From positions 1,488,001 to 1,552,000 of the forward strand of contig JBLDXI010000024.1 of assembly GCA_047495785.1 (NCBI GenBank): a DNA stretch of 64,000 nucleotides, written 5' to 3'. The DNA is from Lepidodermella squamata. Its lineage: Eukaryota; Animalia; Gastrotricha. Below are positions 47,280 to 59,279 of the stretch, piece by piece. The translations under genes and the position numbers were made by a program. The notes beneath the pieces are model-generated. The model ran no database searches. It had not been told where the DNA came from and was given only the letters and a program-made list of their open reading frames with translations. Each line of letters opens with the position of its first letter. Positions within the stretch are counted from its first letter, which is position 1.

Positions 47280-48059
47280 GCGTACCATTAGTAACAAAAT
47301 GTCCACCATTTGCCATAGGTAATGATTTCTTCGAGTGAAAAATTCGTTGTGCTAATTAAAAAGTCTTAGATCGATAAGCGTCTGATATAATTTGTCTTTT
47401 CAGTTCATTATTTTACTATTGTAATGTGAAAAGTACCCTTCATTTGATAATAAAGTATGCGGTTTTTTCTCGAGTTTTTTTAATTACTCCGTAACCGTGA
47501 TGAATTCTATAGCGGGCTTCACGAAAGCTGCTGTTTGGTGCTCAAATAAGGGACATTTTAACTGCCGACTGACATCGAAGTAACGCCAAATTGCCTCTCA
47601 GGCATTTTTACTGTACAAACATAATCGGAAACAGTTGCGCTGCGGCGGATCGAATAGGATAGCAAAGTGGCTGTCCATATTTAGCAGTTATGTTACGGCG
47701 ATTTCTTACAAATGATCAAATCAGTGAAGCTATAGGATTGTACTGCAGAGCGGCAGTACTGGAATTAGGTGCTATAACAAAAGAAACATAAGAAACAATC
47801 CACATTATAAAACCTCAAGAATAATGTCGAGTTGTCATCTTATGAAACCTCAAATCAAGATCAGAAGAATCTTTGACTACACTACTACTTTGACTACTTA
47901 TACTAGCACTGTATTATGGTGCATGTCAGTGTTTTTTCCTACTATTCTTTGTTGATATCTACATGATGACCTTTTCACATTGAATCTATTGTTCTAATCA
48001 TGCTTCTTTTTCAGCTGAGCTGTCCCACACCCCTTTGATATTAATGCTCATAAATTAAT

Positions 48060-48800
48060 ATATAAATAACACTGGGCCTTCACTTACTGAGCTAATGCTG
48101 ATCGAGGATTTAACTTATTTGTTGGTTCATCTGCTTTCAAATTAAACGCCACCTCATGAATTTCGTCAATTTTCAATGCTTGATAAGTGAACAAAGCATT
48201 GGACCCTGCAAAGAAGAGAAAAGCCAATGCCACAGCTAGTTGTTGAGACGATGTATTACTCAGAGATAATAGGATGAGGAGGAGCCGAAATAACAGCTAA
48301 TTCATTGATTACAATCAGAAGGAGCAAGTTAAACTCGTTGCCCGCTGCCCCAGAACTTATCAATTCAATGCCGAAAATGCAAGATATTGCCAGCAGGAGG
48401 CTGTTGTTCCCCAGAAAACAACACTAGATGAGCGCATTTTCGCCAGGAAGATTTCAGAAAAATCACCGAATTCAGGATAGATAAGCCAGCCACCAGGAGA
48501 GAAATCCTAGCGTGCCAGAACTTGACCTCAAGGTCCAGGGTTACCGAATCTGCAGTGAAAAGAACGGCGGATATAGAGCAAACCAAGCATTAACATTACT
48601 AAGCATTTTCGAATGTTTGAGATCACCATGTTGACGACATTTAGCTATTTTAACTAAAGAAAATATTATAAAACCTGATAGAAGTGATGCAGCAACTATA
48701 GAAGCGGCAAAAACACTTTGTGGAACGGTTTCTCTTTTCTAGGATAACAGCGTGTTCGGAAGAATACTTGGGCGGTTATTCATTATCTGTACTTGCGATG
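48060..48800 (-). pseudogene. Decayed 7TM region of a more divergent class C GPCR
   Basis: Fragments FWHARISLLVAGLSILNSVIFLKSSW (TM3-like) and INELAVISAP/LILLSLSNTSSQQLAVALAFLFF (TM6-7-like), with stops, frameshifts and an internal deletion. Confidence 0.5.
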
Positions 48801-48817
48801 AATTTGGCGTCAGATTA

Positions 48818-49830
48818 TTATTTATTTATTTATTTAAGAGCCATTCATCCGTTTTTAGAAAAAGTTGGAAAGCTCAGCTGTAAAAACAGACAATGGATTA
48901 GTTAGGTTCGATTTAAACTGTACACAAGATTAGATAGTTATAAAACATCATGTAACTTATAAGTATAAAAAAAGAAGATAGCTCAACAAAGAAAACAATT
49001 GTGATGAATGTTGGTTTGTAGCAGGATCAATATACAAATATAAAATGCAAATGCTCTTGTCTTCTGGTTTCAGGCGACGGTATTTGAGGTAAGTTCTTTT
49101 TGCTGTGTTAGCAGGTGACGGTAGACCAAGTTTCTGCATTGGTCGGCAGTTTTGGATGTGCGGATGTGGTCGGGGAGAGAATTCCAAAATACCGATCCAT
49201 GGTGAGCCAAACACCGATCCATGATCGCTGACTTAGTCCTGGGCACCTCTAGGATGTTTGAGAGTTCTTTGAGGGCGTTTTGTTTGCGGCTAGAAGCCAT
49301 TGGTGCGGTTCGAAGTTTGAAGAAGTTGGCTTTGGCTACCGGGGCCTCACCATTAATGCAGCGCCAGATCAGTGTTGCCAGGTGAACTTTTCGTTTTCCG
49401 TCGAGATCTAGCCATCCGAGTTTTTGTCTGAGCGGTGCTGGGTCCGCGTTCATCGGAGCGTGGCAAATGATTCTTACGGCCTGGTCTTGGCGACGTTGTA
49501 GTTTGCCAAGTTGCAGTTGTATTTGAGAGTCTTTCGATCAAGGTATTTAGCAGCGATCCTCAGTCCGAGTAAGCCACTACGTGATTTTTTTTTCACCCCC
49601 CCCCTTAAATGTTCCTAAAATAATTTATTGTCAAGAGTAAACCCCAAGACTTTGAGTGATGACGTTGTTCGGATCAAGCAGCCGTCAATTTTGATTTTGA
49701 ATTTAGGTGGGGAAGTGGTGTTGTAGTCAGTTGGCAAAACAATCATCTGCAATTTTTTCCCGTTTACCATTAGACTGTTCGCTGCTCGCCAGACACTCAA
49801 TTGATCAATGTCGTACTGAAGCTCCTGTTA
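48818..49830 (-). mobile_element. 5'-truncated CR1/L2-type LINE (RT C-terminus and 3' tail)
   Basis: QYDIDQLSVWRAANSLMVNGKK, LKVLGFTLDNKLF, LGWL, GSVFWNSLPDHIR; (AATA)n tail at about 48818-48837. Confidence 0.75.
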
Positions 49831-50985
49831 CATAATCATCATTTCCGAGTCAAGTTGTATTCATTGCTTGTTGGACAGTCCCAATCAACGCCATCAAACC
49901 GCTCGATGTCCAATAAGAGATTGTGACCAGATCGGTGACGAATTCTCCCGTTGAAGTGTACTTGTGTCTATTTGTTCGAACCGCGTTAAGACTATTGGCC
50001 ACTTCCTGCCGGTTGAGCCCATGGTCATCGTTCTGCTCAAATGTGTTTAGCACTTGTAAAGGCGCGGGTTTTCAGCACACCGAAGAATCATAGTCGAATA
50101 TCACTCTCAAGAAGTCAGCATTCTCAACAGCAACTTAATATCGGAAATGAGCACGCTGTCGAACAAAGCATGCATAACATCGACCTTTCAAAATTTGTTA
50201 TAAGATTAATGCAGAAAAAAGTTGACGGTAAATTTGTATTGCCTCTTGCCTCACTCGCCTTACTGAAAACAAGAAATTGTTTCATCTCCCCCATCTTTTC
50301 GCGGCTGCTCTATTGAAATTTGACTCAGTTTTCCGAATTTTTTACAATTTTATTTTTTTTTTAATTTACGATCGTAATTCCTGAACATTTCATTGTGGTT
50401 TAGCACTTTGATAAAAAGGTATTCAGCGGATATTCCAGGACATTCAGCGGATTTTATTTAAAACAATCTACGGCTTTCGAGAAAGATTAAGCTTGGCACC
50501 CAGCTTAATGTGGATAACAATTGCCGTTATAGTTTGGACGTTTGCGAGAGGTGAAGGAGAATAATGAGACAAACGATTCCAACCAACCGGATCCATATCG
50601 TAGCGACGGTACTACCGGGGAGCTCTATGAGCGTGCAGCGTGTTTCATCTATAAAGATTCAGTCAGATGTGTCTCACTAGTTTTAGTTTTAAACTAGGCA
50701 AGTACTACGCAAAGAAATAATCATCATATAACGATTTTAGCTATAAGGGGCCAATTGAATAATTCCTGAACTACGAATGCCATTGTTATTCAGTGTTGAC
50801 TTCGCCTGATTGACTTCGTGGGCCCTTGAATACAATGAAGAACGAAGTGTCCTTTAACTTCAACGTAATTTAACGACGCTAACGATGTGTAAGGAAGACG
50901 ACTATCGATATCAATATGTATGAAAGGTTGCACGCTAGAAACGAAATCGTAGTATTGCCTTTACGCCTAGAAGTATCGCTAATAA

Positions 50986-53409
50986 TTAAACAAGCAATCG
51001 GGCTTTTACGATAATGTCTTTAAGCGTGAAATAGCTTAGAGCTAGACTCGTAGAGAGAGATAGCAAGAGCGCAACGAAGGCTGTGGCTGAATGCTGACTA
51101 GATTGGTTTTGCAGAGTGAAAATAATCAGCGCACAACACAAGAACAGCGACAACGCATTCAGTGGACCAATAACAATGCCACCGATCTCCTGACAGCAGC
51201 TATTAACCAGAAGTTTCATGCCCTGTTTTACACGATAGCCTTGATAAGAACAGAATGCCAACATCGCAACGTGCAAAGCAGCCAAGGTTGCCGTCCACGC
51301 AATTGCGTGAGGCGAAGAACAAACGACTTCTGATATTTCGAAATAAGTGTCCGTAACGAGGTCATAATTCTTAATTCGTGATGCGACAAAAGGATAACAG
51401 GCAAACGAATCAGAGAGGAACCAAATGATCAGGAGCGACATGCATCCTACAATGAAGATTAAAGTGGCTAGTAATGTTCGCTTTTGGATTCCGGCTTCGA
51501 ACTCAACAGCTGGATCCTTCGCGGTATTACCGTGACTGCCTGGGGATACCAACATTATTGTCCGGCTTGGTTGTGCGTCCACTTTCGTCGTTTTTTTTGC
51601 GGTAACTTGTCTCGCAGAGGTATCAGGTGCCATAACTGTCAACATGTTCATAGTTTTCCCATTATGCATAATTTTCACACGTTTCGGTGGAGGCGGCAGT
51701 TTCCTTGCCAGAAAAAATGCTCGGAATGAAACCACGCCCACAACGATTGACATCGAAAACACTAACAAGACAAGTCGAGTTATCGAAATAGCGAAACTGT
51801 CAACGCTGGTCTTCATTGAAAACGCCACTGCAGCCCCGTTCAGCATAATGCATCCAGTATACGCGGCTATTTTTATGAGAGGAGATGTGCCAAGTTCTGG
51901 TTTTCCTTTGTTCTTGATGGTCACGAAAATAATTCCGAGTTGAAACAAAGTCAAGATGGCAGCAATGGTTGCAACAGCTGTTGCAACTTCAGGAGTAACC
52001 TCTCGAGTCAGTGAAACTGAAAACGCAACATCCCTCGGTGGGTTTCCGCCATTTTCCCAAGCAGCCCAATCCATCGGCTCGAGGGGGTAGACTTTATAGC
52101 GGCCATAGAACATGTAATTTCGGCTAGTATCAACCTCAACAGAAGCGAACTTGTTGCGATACCCACTGGGATCGTAGTATGAATAGATCATCAAATCATT
52201 CTCAGAGTAGCCCCGCTTGCTGAAACGAAGTTGACCTCTCAAGCCAGATATGTTGACATTCAGTACAGATTGATTCACGACTTTCATGACCAATTCGGGA
52301 TTCGTGTTAATGTCTCGCAACGACATGTTGAATTCTCGCTTCAGTCGATTATCAGCGTCGTGCATCGCGTATATCCCCATCAAAGTGGCATCATGGCAGA
52401 CGTATTTCAATGACCCTGGAGTTGCAGATCGAGGTACTTTCAAAATCTCAAACATTTTCTCCTCGAAATATGTGGTGTTGTAGCCTAGCTCGCTCACTCT
52501 GCTGTCATCGATGACCTGAGTTATCGGTCCGATAAATAAAGCGAAATTAAACTGGATTCGCAGGATTTCTCTAGTACACCAACTGTCGAGTAAGTTTTCT
52601 GGCTTGATGTTGTTTGGTTCCCCTGCCAAGGAATTTGACATGAAGAAAATATATCGCTGACCGGTGATTCCAGCGTAATAAGCTTTGCAGAGAAAACGCC
52701 ACAAAAGAGGCTCGGTGGAGACGTAAACAACAAGGACTCGAACGTCATGAAATAGAAGCTCAGTGATCACATCGTCGGTTATGTCCAAGACAATGTTGAA
52801 AGTTGGAACTTTAATGCCGCTCTCCAGCGCGTATCTGTTGACGAATGTTGCGGATATATAGTCGTTCGGAGAGCTGGCCAGCGTTAGGATTCCTATAGTC
52901 GACCACTTCCCAATGTCTTTGAAGAAATGAACTAACGATATAGCGTTGAGCTCTCCATTTGACTGAACATTGTAGAGATTCGGATAGGTCACGTGATCAG
53001 CGAGAAATGGAGCGGAACATGCGATGGCAAGCCCGACCATGTTGAAGTATTTCAGCGGCTTCCCATATGGTTTACAACCAATGGAGAAAAATGGCCCGAG
53101 AAAAATCGGCGAGCGGATTAGACCGTCATCTGGTCTGTTTTCCCACATTCGTCCGTATCTCACGAGTTCGCGAACTGGTGCGTAGCCAACCGCGAATCCT
53201 TCTTCATCGCGATAGTCCGGTACGATGTTGTAGTCAGGCAGAATGTCACTTCGGTTGTTAACGTGATCTATTGCGATTTTCACAGCTGGCGGGCATCCTA
53301 TATGTCTAATGGGGAACACCTGCAGCATCGATATGTTGAATTTCTTCATCTGACAACTCACATGAGTTGAAAACAGCAGAACCAAGAAAATGCAATTTAT
53401 TGCCGACAT
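50986..53409 (-). CDS. Orphan class C GPCR, GABA-B-like, copy 5 (807 aa)
   Basis: Intronless, ATG at 53409 (MSAINC). Confidence 0.88.
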   Translation of the reverse strand: MSAINCIFLVLLFSTHVSCQMKKFNISMLQVFPIRHIGCPPAVKIAIDHVNNRSDILPDYNIVPDYRDEEGFAVGYAPVRELVRYGRMWENRPDDGLIRSPIFLGPFFSIGCKPYGKPLKYFNMVGLAIACSAPFLADHVTYPNLYNVQSNGELNAISLVHFFKDIGKWSTIGILTLASSPNDYISATFVNRYALESGIKVPTFNIVLDITDDVITELLFHDVRVLVVYVSTEPLLWRFLCKAYYAGITGQRYIFFMSNSLAGEPNNIKPENLLDSWCTREILRIQFNFALFIGPITQVIDDSRVSELGYNTTYFEEKMFEILKVPRSATPGSLKYVCHDATLMGIYAMHDADNRLKREFNMSLRDINTNPELVMKVVNQSVLNVNISGLRGQLRFSKRGYSENDLMIYSYYDPSGYRNKFASVEVDTSRNYMFYGRYKVYPLEPMDWAAWENGGNPPRDVAFSVSLTREVTPEVATAVATIAAILTLFQLGIIFVTIKNKGKPELGTSPLIKIAAYTGCIMLNGAAVAFSMKTSVDSFAISITRLVLLVFSMSIVVGVVSFRAFFLARKLPPPPKRVKIMHNGKTMNMLTVMAPDTSARQVTAKKTTKVDAQPSRTIMLVSPGSHGNTAKDPAVEFEAGIQKRTLLATLIFIVGCMSLLIIWFLSDSFACYPFVASRIKNYDLVTDTYFEISEVVCSSPHAIAWTATLAALHVAMLAFCSYQGYRVKQGMKLLVNSCCQEIGGIVIGPLNALSLFLCCALIIFTLQNQSSQHSATAFVALLLSLSTSLALSYFTLKDIIVKARLLV

Positions 53410-54486
53410 TTGCCTGAAAGTATACCTTGAAGGCAAGTCAACATTTCAAATTGATGCTTTGAGTTATTAGGTGACCTCATCGCTGCACTCGGATTTTTAA
53501 TTTATTCTTTTTAGACGGCACCAGGGAGGGGGTTTAGTTTATTATCATGTCGTTATTTCAAAGATATTGTCCATCTGCCGAAATTGCATCGCACAGGAAG
53601 GGGTCCAATATCCTCAAAGGAAATCCGTCTCGTCATTATTTCAAGCAAGAATTATATACATTAGGAAGAAATAGGGTTTATTAGCTATTAGGCGACTATT
53701 AGACCACGGACATTCAAATTAAATATTCACGGACTCTCAAATTAATTCCTTCATTTGTAATTAAAGGGTAATTTGATGTTTGAGGGTCCGTGAGCTATCA
53801 AGTATAGGAATTTTCGTCAATCGCAATTAGTCGCGATTGAATCGGAGCGAATATTTCTCTAAGTTAGGGCGGTTTGCAAATGTACGCGCGATGATATTAC
53901 AACATGGGGAAGAAGTGAGAAGTTCAAGTCGTTGGACCAAAGTGGATTGATTTTAAATATTATATTCCATGTGAGTACCGTCATTTGGGGCAAAATGAAC
54001 CTTTGGGGCTAATTGGCCAAAAATTGAGGTTTTCACATCTTTATCGATGGCTCAAAAACAACCAACTTTACAAAACTTTACGGGGACGATTATCAACAAG
54101 CTTCCTACAAGCCTGCAAATTTTCAGTCAGGTATGTCCCGAAATGAGGTCACAGCATGTTGTTGCACAGAGGTGAGTTTAGGGAGGAAAAAATGACCCCT
54201 TTTAATTGAATTACCTGGAGCCAATCACGCGGTTTGATGTTCAGATGAAATTTTTTCCTTCTACCTTTTTCGTCGTAGATGACAGCAAAAAAAACCGCGA
54301 CCTCACAGGTATGTCTATATGATTGAAGCCAAATTACCCCATTGAAAACTCAATAATGGGGGCTAATTGGCCACCCTTATCCTTATAATGGGTTTTTAGA
54401 TAAATGGCCTAAGAATAATAATAAATTTCAATTTTTTACACAACCTGACAAAGATGAAAAAAGCACGCCAAAATCATCGCATTAGG

Positions 54487-55708
54487 CTACGTTGCTGCTA
54501 TGTATTGCTGCAATTGCGGCTTGCTCGAAGTCGAGCGTAACTTGATCGAAGTACAAGTCAGGTAATAACAGCCGCAGATTGTGAAACAACTTGTCGTAGA
54601 TCGGCCCGGCCTTGCAGGGGAGAAGGGCGTAAGCAACAGGGAACTGGGCGCCATCGGTAAAGTGTATACCTGGCTGAAGAGAGTTGGAGAAATCCAGAAT
54701 GTCCCATCCCCGGACATGCGGCTACACTCCTTCAACAGCTCAAGATTTCTGCGAGTTCCGAAGCAGATAATGCGGTCCTCGTCCTTGGTGTCGAATAACA
54801 CGAAGAAAAATTTGAAGAAAAATAACAAATAAAGGCAAAAAAATTCAAAATTCAAATTATCTTACCTGGGCAGTTTTTAGTTTGTTTTCACTGGTTCGTT
54901 TGTTTTGAATATGCGACAGCAGCGCCAGGTTTTGTTGCCCCTGTCCTTCTGTGAGTATGACGTTCGGTTTTCATATCCTCGATAGACAAGATGGTCCGCA
55001 CCTTAATTACTAGGGATTAGCGTCGGCGTATCGAAGTCTACAACAGCACGGCCAGGTGCAAGAGCCCAATCGGCCACAGCCGTAACAAACAGATTCGGCC
55101 CCTGTTTTACAACATCGCGTTTCAATCGCCGTTTTGAATTATTAGCAGTTGTAGTAGTCGTAGTAGTCGTAGTCGTCGTAGATGCGGCAGTATCATCAAC
55201 ATTCAAAATTACTTCGTCAACAACAACTCGCGGAAAAATAGCTGCTGGAGGCAACGGTGGTAGTGGCGGCGGCGCTTGATCGTGGGAAATGTCACCGGCA
55301 AACAATCGAAATTCTGGGGGTGGCTGTGAATTTTGAAAACTCAGAAATTATCAAAAATATAGTCGTCGTCGTGTAAAATCAGATTTCGAGGTTGCGTAAT
55401 GAGAGAGGTGAGGGTGGTATTTTCATCATGAACGTCGATGGGCGTCGAAACCCTTATTGCCATGGGACCCGGGGGAGTCGGAGCTAGTTCTCCAAAAAAT
55501 GACTCGTCGGCAACACTCGGCGGCAGAAAAGTTCAGAAAAGTTTTCGCTGTTTTGGCGCGTTCTTGTCTAGTAGCTGCGCTATTTCGATAAATTAAATTT
55601 ATTACGTTGCTGTTCTGTCGCTTTCGCTATTACGTCGGTTGCTGTTAGTGGTTTCGCTGTTATGTCGGTTTTGCTGTTCTGTGCGTTTGCTGTTCTAGCG
55701 CCGTGCCA
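54487..55708 (-). mobile_element. Truncated FLYWCH-MULE (Mutator) transposon remnant
   Basis: IICFGT..NLELL...SGDGTFWISPTLFSQVYTL (MULE first-Asp motif); LVYRGY...TWRC FLYWCH-like segment at about 54910-54995; GG-starting terminus with tandem GCTGTT subrepeats at 55608-55708. Confidence 0.7.
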
Positions 55709-56846
55709 TTTCTCTGGGATATAATACTCTTGGCCGCACCGACGACGAGATGTTCCAACAATTCTATGACGAATTAGACGATTCTGTCAAAACGGCAAAA
55801 CGTCCCCCATAAACGGCTTTCCAAAAACGACCAAAAACGACCTCAATTTGGTGGAAAAAGTCGTTTTTCGAAAATGTTCAACAATTCATAAGCCGGGCTC
55901 TTAAAGTTATGATGAGCCCATATTCAGAAAATTAGGTACGCAGAATTTTATCGATTTATAAATACCATGTGAGTCTATGGTGAATTTCAGCTAATCCGGG
56001 AATACTCACATGTGCGTGAGTATATGGACGATAGAGTGTTAAAAGCGTGGAAAATAAACGTTATCTTCGAAACGAAACGGTTCTTTCTCAGTCTACTGAT
56101 TTATCTGTCTGCGCGGCTGAAAACTTCTCTTGAGCAAGCGATATACTCTCTTCTGGATTACCGATAAGAGACATCTACACTCTTACGAAATGATTAATAA
56201 TGCAATTGAAAAGTTTAGCGCATACTTTATTATCAAGTTCAGAGTGAAATTCATTAAAGAACAAGGAAATATCTGGCAAATGCAATGTGTTTCGTCAAAA
56301 AAGTCTATCAGATATGCTAAACAACGTTGTACCACTCGAAAGTCCATTTCAATTGCATGCGCGCTGATTTATCACTCGAGTAATGCAATGACTCCGGCAT
56401 GAAACATTGATCGTTCGAAGCATTAATTTCTCTGCAGCAAATGTTTTCCTGATGAATTGACCAAGATTAATATGGAGATTGCAGCCGTAGTAATTGGAAA
56501 TCGCGGCGTGATTTTATTTTTTTAAGAGTGGACTGCACAACCAAATATAGACCGAAAAGTCCTAGATATGAGTCATAGTAACGCCCATATTCGCGTGCGC
56601 GCCAAAGTTCGACTTTTTGTAGTTCAGCAATAGGCAATGTTGATAGTTTTAAATTCTAGGCTAAGATAGGATCGTAGCTAGGGGCTAGGATTCGATTGCA
56701 GAGTTCTTCAACTACATGCTATTGCTATTATAGGAGTAGACTCCAGTGCAATGGGCAAAAGGCCCCACTGGAAAATTATTGCATGCCAATTTTTACGGCG
56801 CGCCCGTATAAACAACATTTTTCTATAAGTCGTATTTTACTATTAA

Positions 56847-59279
56847 TCAAACTGGAACCCGACTTTTACAGATCATGTCTTTAAGCGTGAAATAGCTTAG
56901 GGCTAGACTGGTAGTGAGTGATAGCAAGAGCGAGACGAACGCTGTAGCTGAATGCTGACTAGATTGGGTTTGCAGAGTGAAAATGATCAGTACCGCGCAA
57001 AGTAGCAATGACAAAGCATTTAGTGGGCCAACAACGATTCCCCCAATATCCTGGCAGCAACTGTTAACCAGAAGTTTCATGCCCTGTTTTACACGATAGC
57101 CTTGATAAGAACAGAATGCCAACAATAACACGTGTAAACCAGCGATACTTGCCATCCAAGCCGTTCCATTCGGCGAGGAGCAAACGACTTCTGATATTTC
57201 GAAATAAGTGTCCGTAATCGGGTCATAATTGTTAATTCTTGGTGCGACAAACGGTTTACAGACGAACGAATCAGAGAGGAGCCAAATGACCAGGAGCGAC
57301 ATGCAACCAACATTGAAGAGAAAGGTAGCTAATAATGTTCGCTTTTGGATTCCGGCTTCAAACTCGACCGCTGGATCCTTCGTAGAATCGTTGTTACTTG
57401 AGGAAACCAACATTATTGTACGGTTTGGCTGCGCATCCACTTTTGATCTATCCGTCGGTTTGTTTGGGCGAACTTGTCTAACAGAGGTATCAGGGCCCAC
57501 AACTGTCAACATGTTCACAACTTTGCCGTTCTGCATGATTTTCACACGTTTCGGTGGAGGAGGAAGTTTTCTCGCCAGAAAAAAGGCTCGGAATGAAACC
57601 ACGCCACTTACAACCGACATCGAAAACACTAACAAGACAAGCCGAGTTATCGAAATAGCGAAACTGTCAACGCTTGTCTTCATTGTAAACGCCACTGCAG
57701 CCCCATTCAACACAATGCAACCAGGATACCCGGCTATTTTGATGAAAGGAGATGTGCCAACTTCTGGTTTCCCGCTGTTCTTGATGGTTACGAAAATGAT
57801 TCCTAGTTGAAACAAGGTCAAGATGGCAGCAATAGTTATGACAGCTGTTGAAACTTCGGAAGTAACCTCCCGTACCAGGGAAATCAAAAACGCAGTGTCC
57901 CTCGGTGGTTCTCCACCGTTCTCCCAGGCAGCCCAATCCATCGGCTCGAGAGGGATTATTTTATACCGACCATAGAACATGTAGTTTCGGCTTGTATCCA
58001 CTTCCACCGCAGAGAACTTATTTCGATAACCTCTAGGATTGTAGTAGGAATAGAGGATCAAATTATTTTCGGCGTATCCTCGCTTGCTGAAACGAAGCTG
58101 GCCTCTCAGGCCTGAGATGTTGACAGTCAAAACAGATTGATTCACGACTTTCATGACTAATTCAGGATTCGTGTTCATGTCTCGCAGCGACATGTTGAAT
58201 TCTCGTTTCAGGCGATTATCGGCATCATGCATGGCGTATATACCCATCAAAGTGGCATCATGGCAGACGTATTTCAATGATCCTAGGGTTGTAGAGCGAG
58301 GTCTCTTTAAAATCTCGAACATTTTCTCCTCGAAATATGTGGTGTTGTAACCCAACTCGCTAACTCTGCTGTCATCCATGACCTGAGTTATCGGACCGAC
58401 AAACAAAGCGAAACTAAACTGGATTCGCAGGATTTCTCTTGTGCACCAACTGTCCAGTAAATTTTCTGGCTTGATGTTGTTTGGTTCCGCTGCCAAGGAG
58501 TTTGACATAAAGAAAATATATCGCTGACCTGTGATTCCAGCGTAATAAGCTTTGCAGAGAAATCGCCACAAAAGAGGCTCGGTGGTGATGTAGACAACAA
58601 TGACTCGAACGTCATGAAATCGAAGTTCAGTGATCACATCGTCGGTTATGTCCAAGACGATGATGAAAGTTGGAACCTGGATGCCACTCTCTAATGAGTA
58701 TCGATTTATGAAAGATGCTATGATGATATCGTTGGGAGAGCTGGCTAGCGTCATAATTCCTATTCTCGACCACCTCCCAATGTCTTTAAAGAAGTGAACC
58801 ATAGATATTGCGTCTAGCTCTCCGTTTGACTGAACAGAGTACAAATTGGGATAGGTGACGTGATCGGCGAGAAACGGCGCAGTGCATGCAATAGAAAGTC
58901 CAACCATGTTGAAATATTTCAGCGGCTTCCCATATGGTTTACAACCAATGGAGAAAAATGGCCCGAGAAAAATCGGCGAACGAATTAAACCGTCGTTTGG
59001 CCTGTTTTCCCAATCTTGGCCATATCTCACAAGCTCACGGACTGGGGCGTAGCCTTGCGCGAATCCTGCTTCGTCGCGAAAGTCTGATACGATGTTGTAG
59101 TCTGGCAGAACGTCACTTCGGTTGTTAGCGTGATCGATTGCGATTTTCACAGCTGGCGGGCACGCGGCATGCGCGACGGGGAACACCTGAAGCATAGATA
59201 TGTTGAATTTCTTTCTCTGACAGCTAACATGAGATGAAATTGCGAGCAGAATAAAGACAATGTACCCCCTTTGTGACAT
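56847..59279 (-). CDS. Orphan class C GPCR, GABA-B-like, copy 6 (810 aa)
   Basis: Intact intronless ORF, collinear with the other copies. Confidence 0.88.
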   Translation of the reverse strand: MSQRGYIVFILLAISSHVSCQRKKFNISMLQVFPVAHAACPPAVKIAIDHANNRSDVLPDYNIVSDFRDEAGFAQGYAPVRELVRYGQDWENRPNDGLIRSPIFLGPFFSIGCKPYGKPLKYFNMVGLSIACTAPFLADHVTYPNLYSVQSNGELDAISMVHFFKDIGRWSRIGIMTLASSPNDIIIASFINRYSLESGIQVPTFIIVLDITDDVITELRFHDVRVIVVYITTEPLLWRFLCKAYYAGITGQRYIFFMSNSLAAEPNNIKPENLLDSWCTREILRIQFSFALFVGPITQVMDDSRVSELGYNTTYFEEKMFEILKRPRSTTLGSLKYVCHDATLMGIYAMHDADNRLKREFNMSLRDMNTNPELVMKVVNQSVLTVNISGLRGQLRFSKRGYAENNLILYSYYNPRGYRNKFSAVEVDTSRNYMFYGRYKIIPLEPMDWAAWENGGEPPRDTAFLISLVREVTSEVSTAVITIAAILTLFQLGIIFVTIKNSGKPEVGTSPFIKIAGYPGCIVLNGAAVAFTMKTSVDSFAISITRLVLLVFSMSVVSGVVSFRAFFLARKLPPPPKRVKIMQNGKVVNMLTVVGPDTSVRQVRPNKPTDRSKVDAQPNRTIMLVSSSNNDSTKDPAVEFEAGIQKRTLLATFLFNVGCMSLLVIWLLSDSFVCKPFVAPRINNYDPITDTYFEISEVVCSSPNGTAWMASIAGLHVLLLAFCSYQGYRVKQGMKLLVNSCCQDIGGIVVGPLNALSLLLCAVLIIFTLQTQSSQHSATAFVSLLLSLTTSLALSYFTLKDMICKSRVPV

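Noticed and set aside
53977-54400. TACCGTCATTTGGGGC start with repeated GGGGCTAATTGGCCA
   Set aside because: Resembles one end of a pogo-type MITE, but no matching second TIR was found.
55003-55305. Pro/Thr-rich 100-aa ORF
   Set aside because: Low-complexity linker within the MULE remnant, no ATG start.
24025-59279. Naming the receptors GABBR1/GABBR2, or the transposase THAP9
   Set aside because: The receptors lack the coiled coil and several conserved motifs; the transposase lies within TIRs and a TSD, so it is not a domesticated gene.
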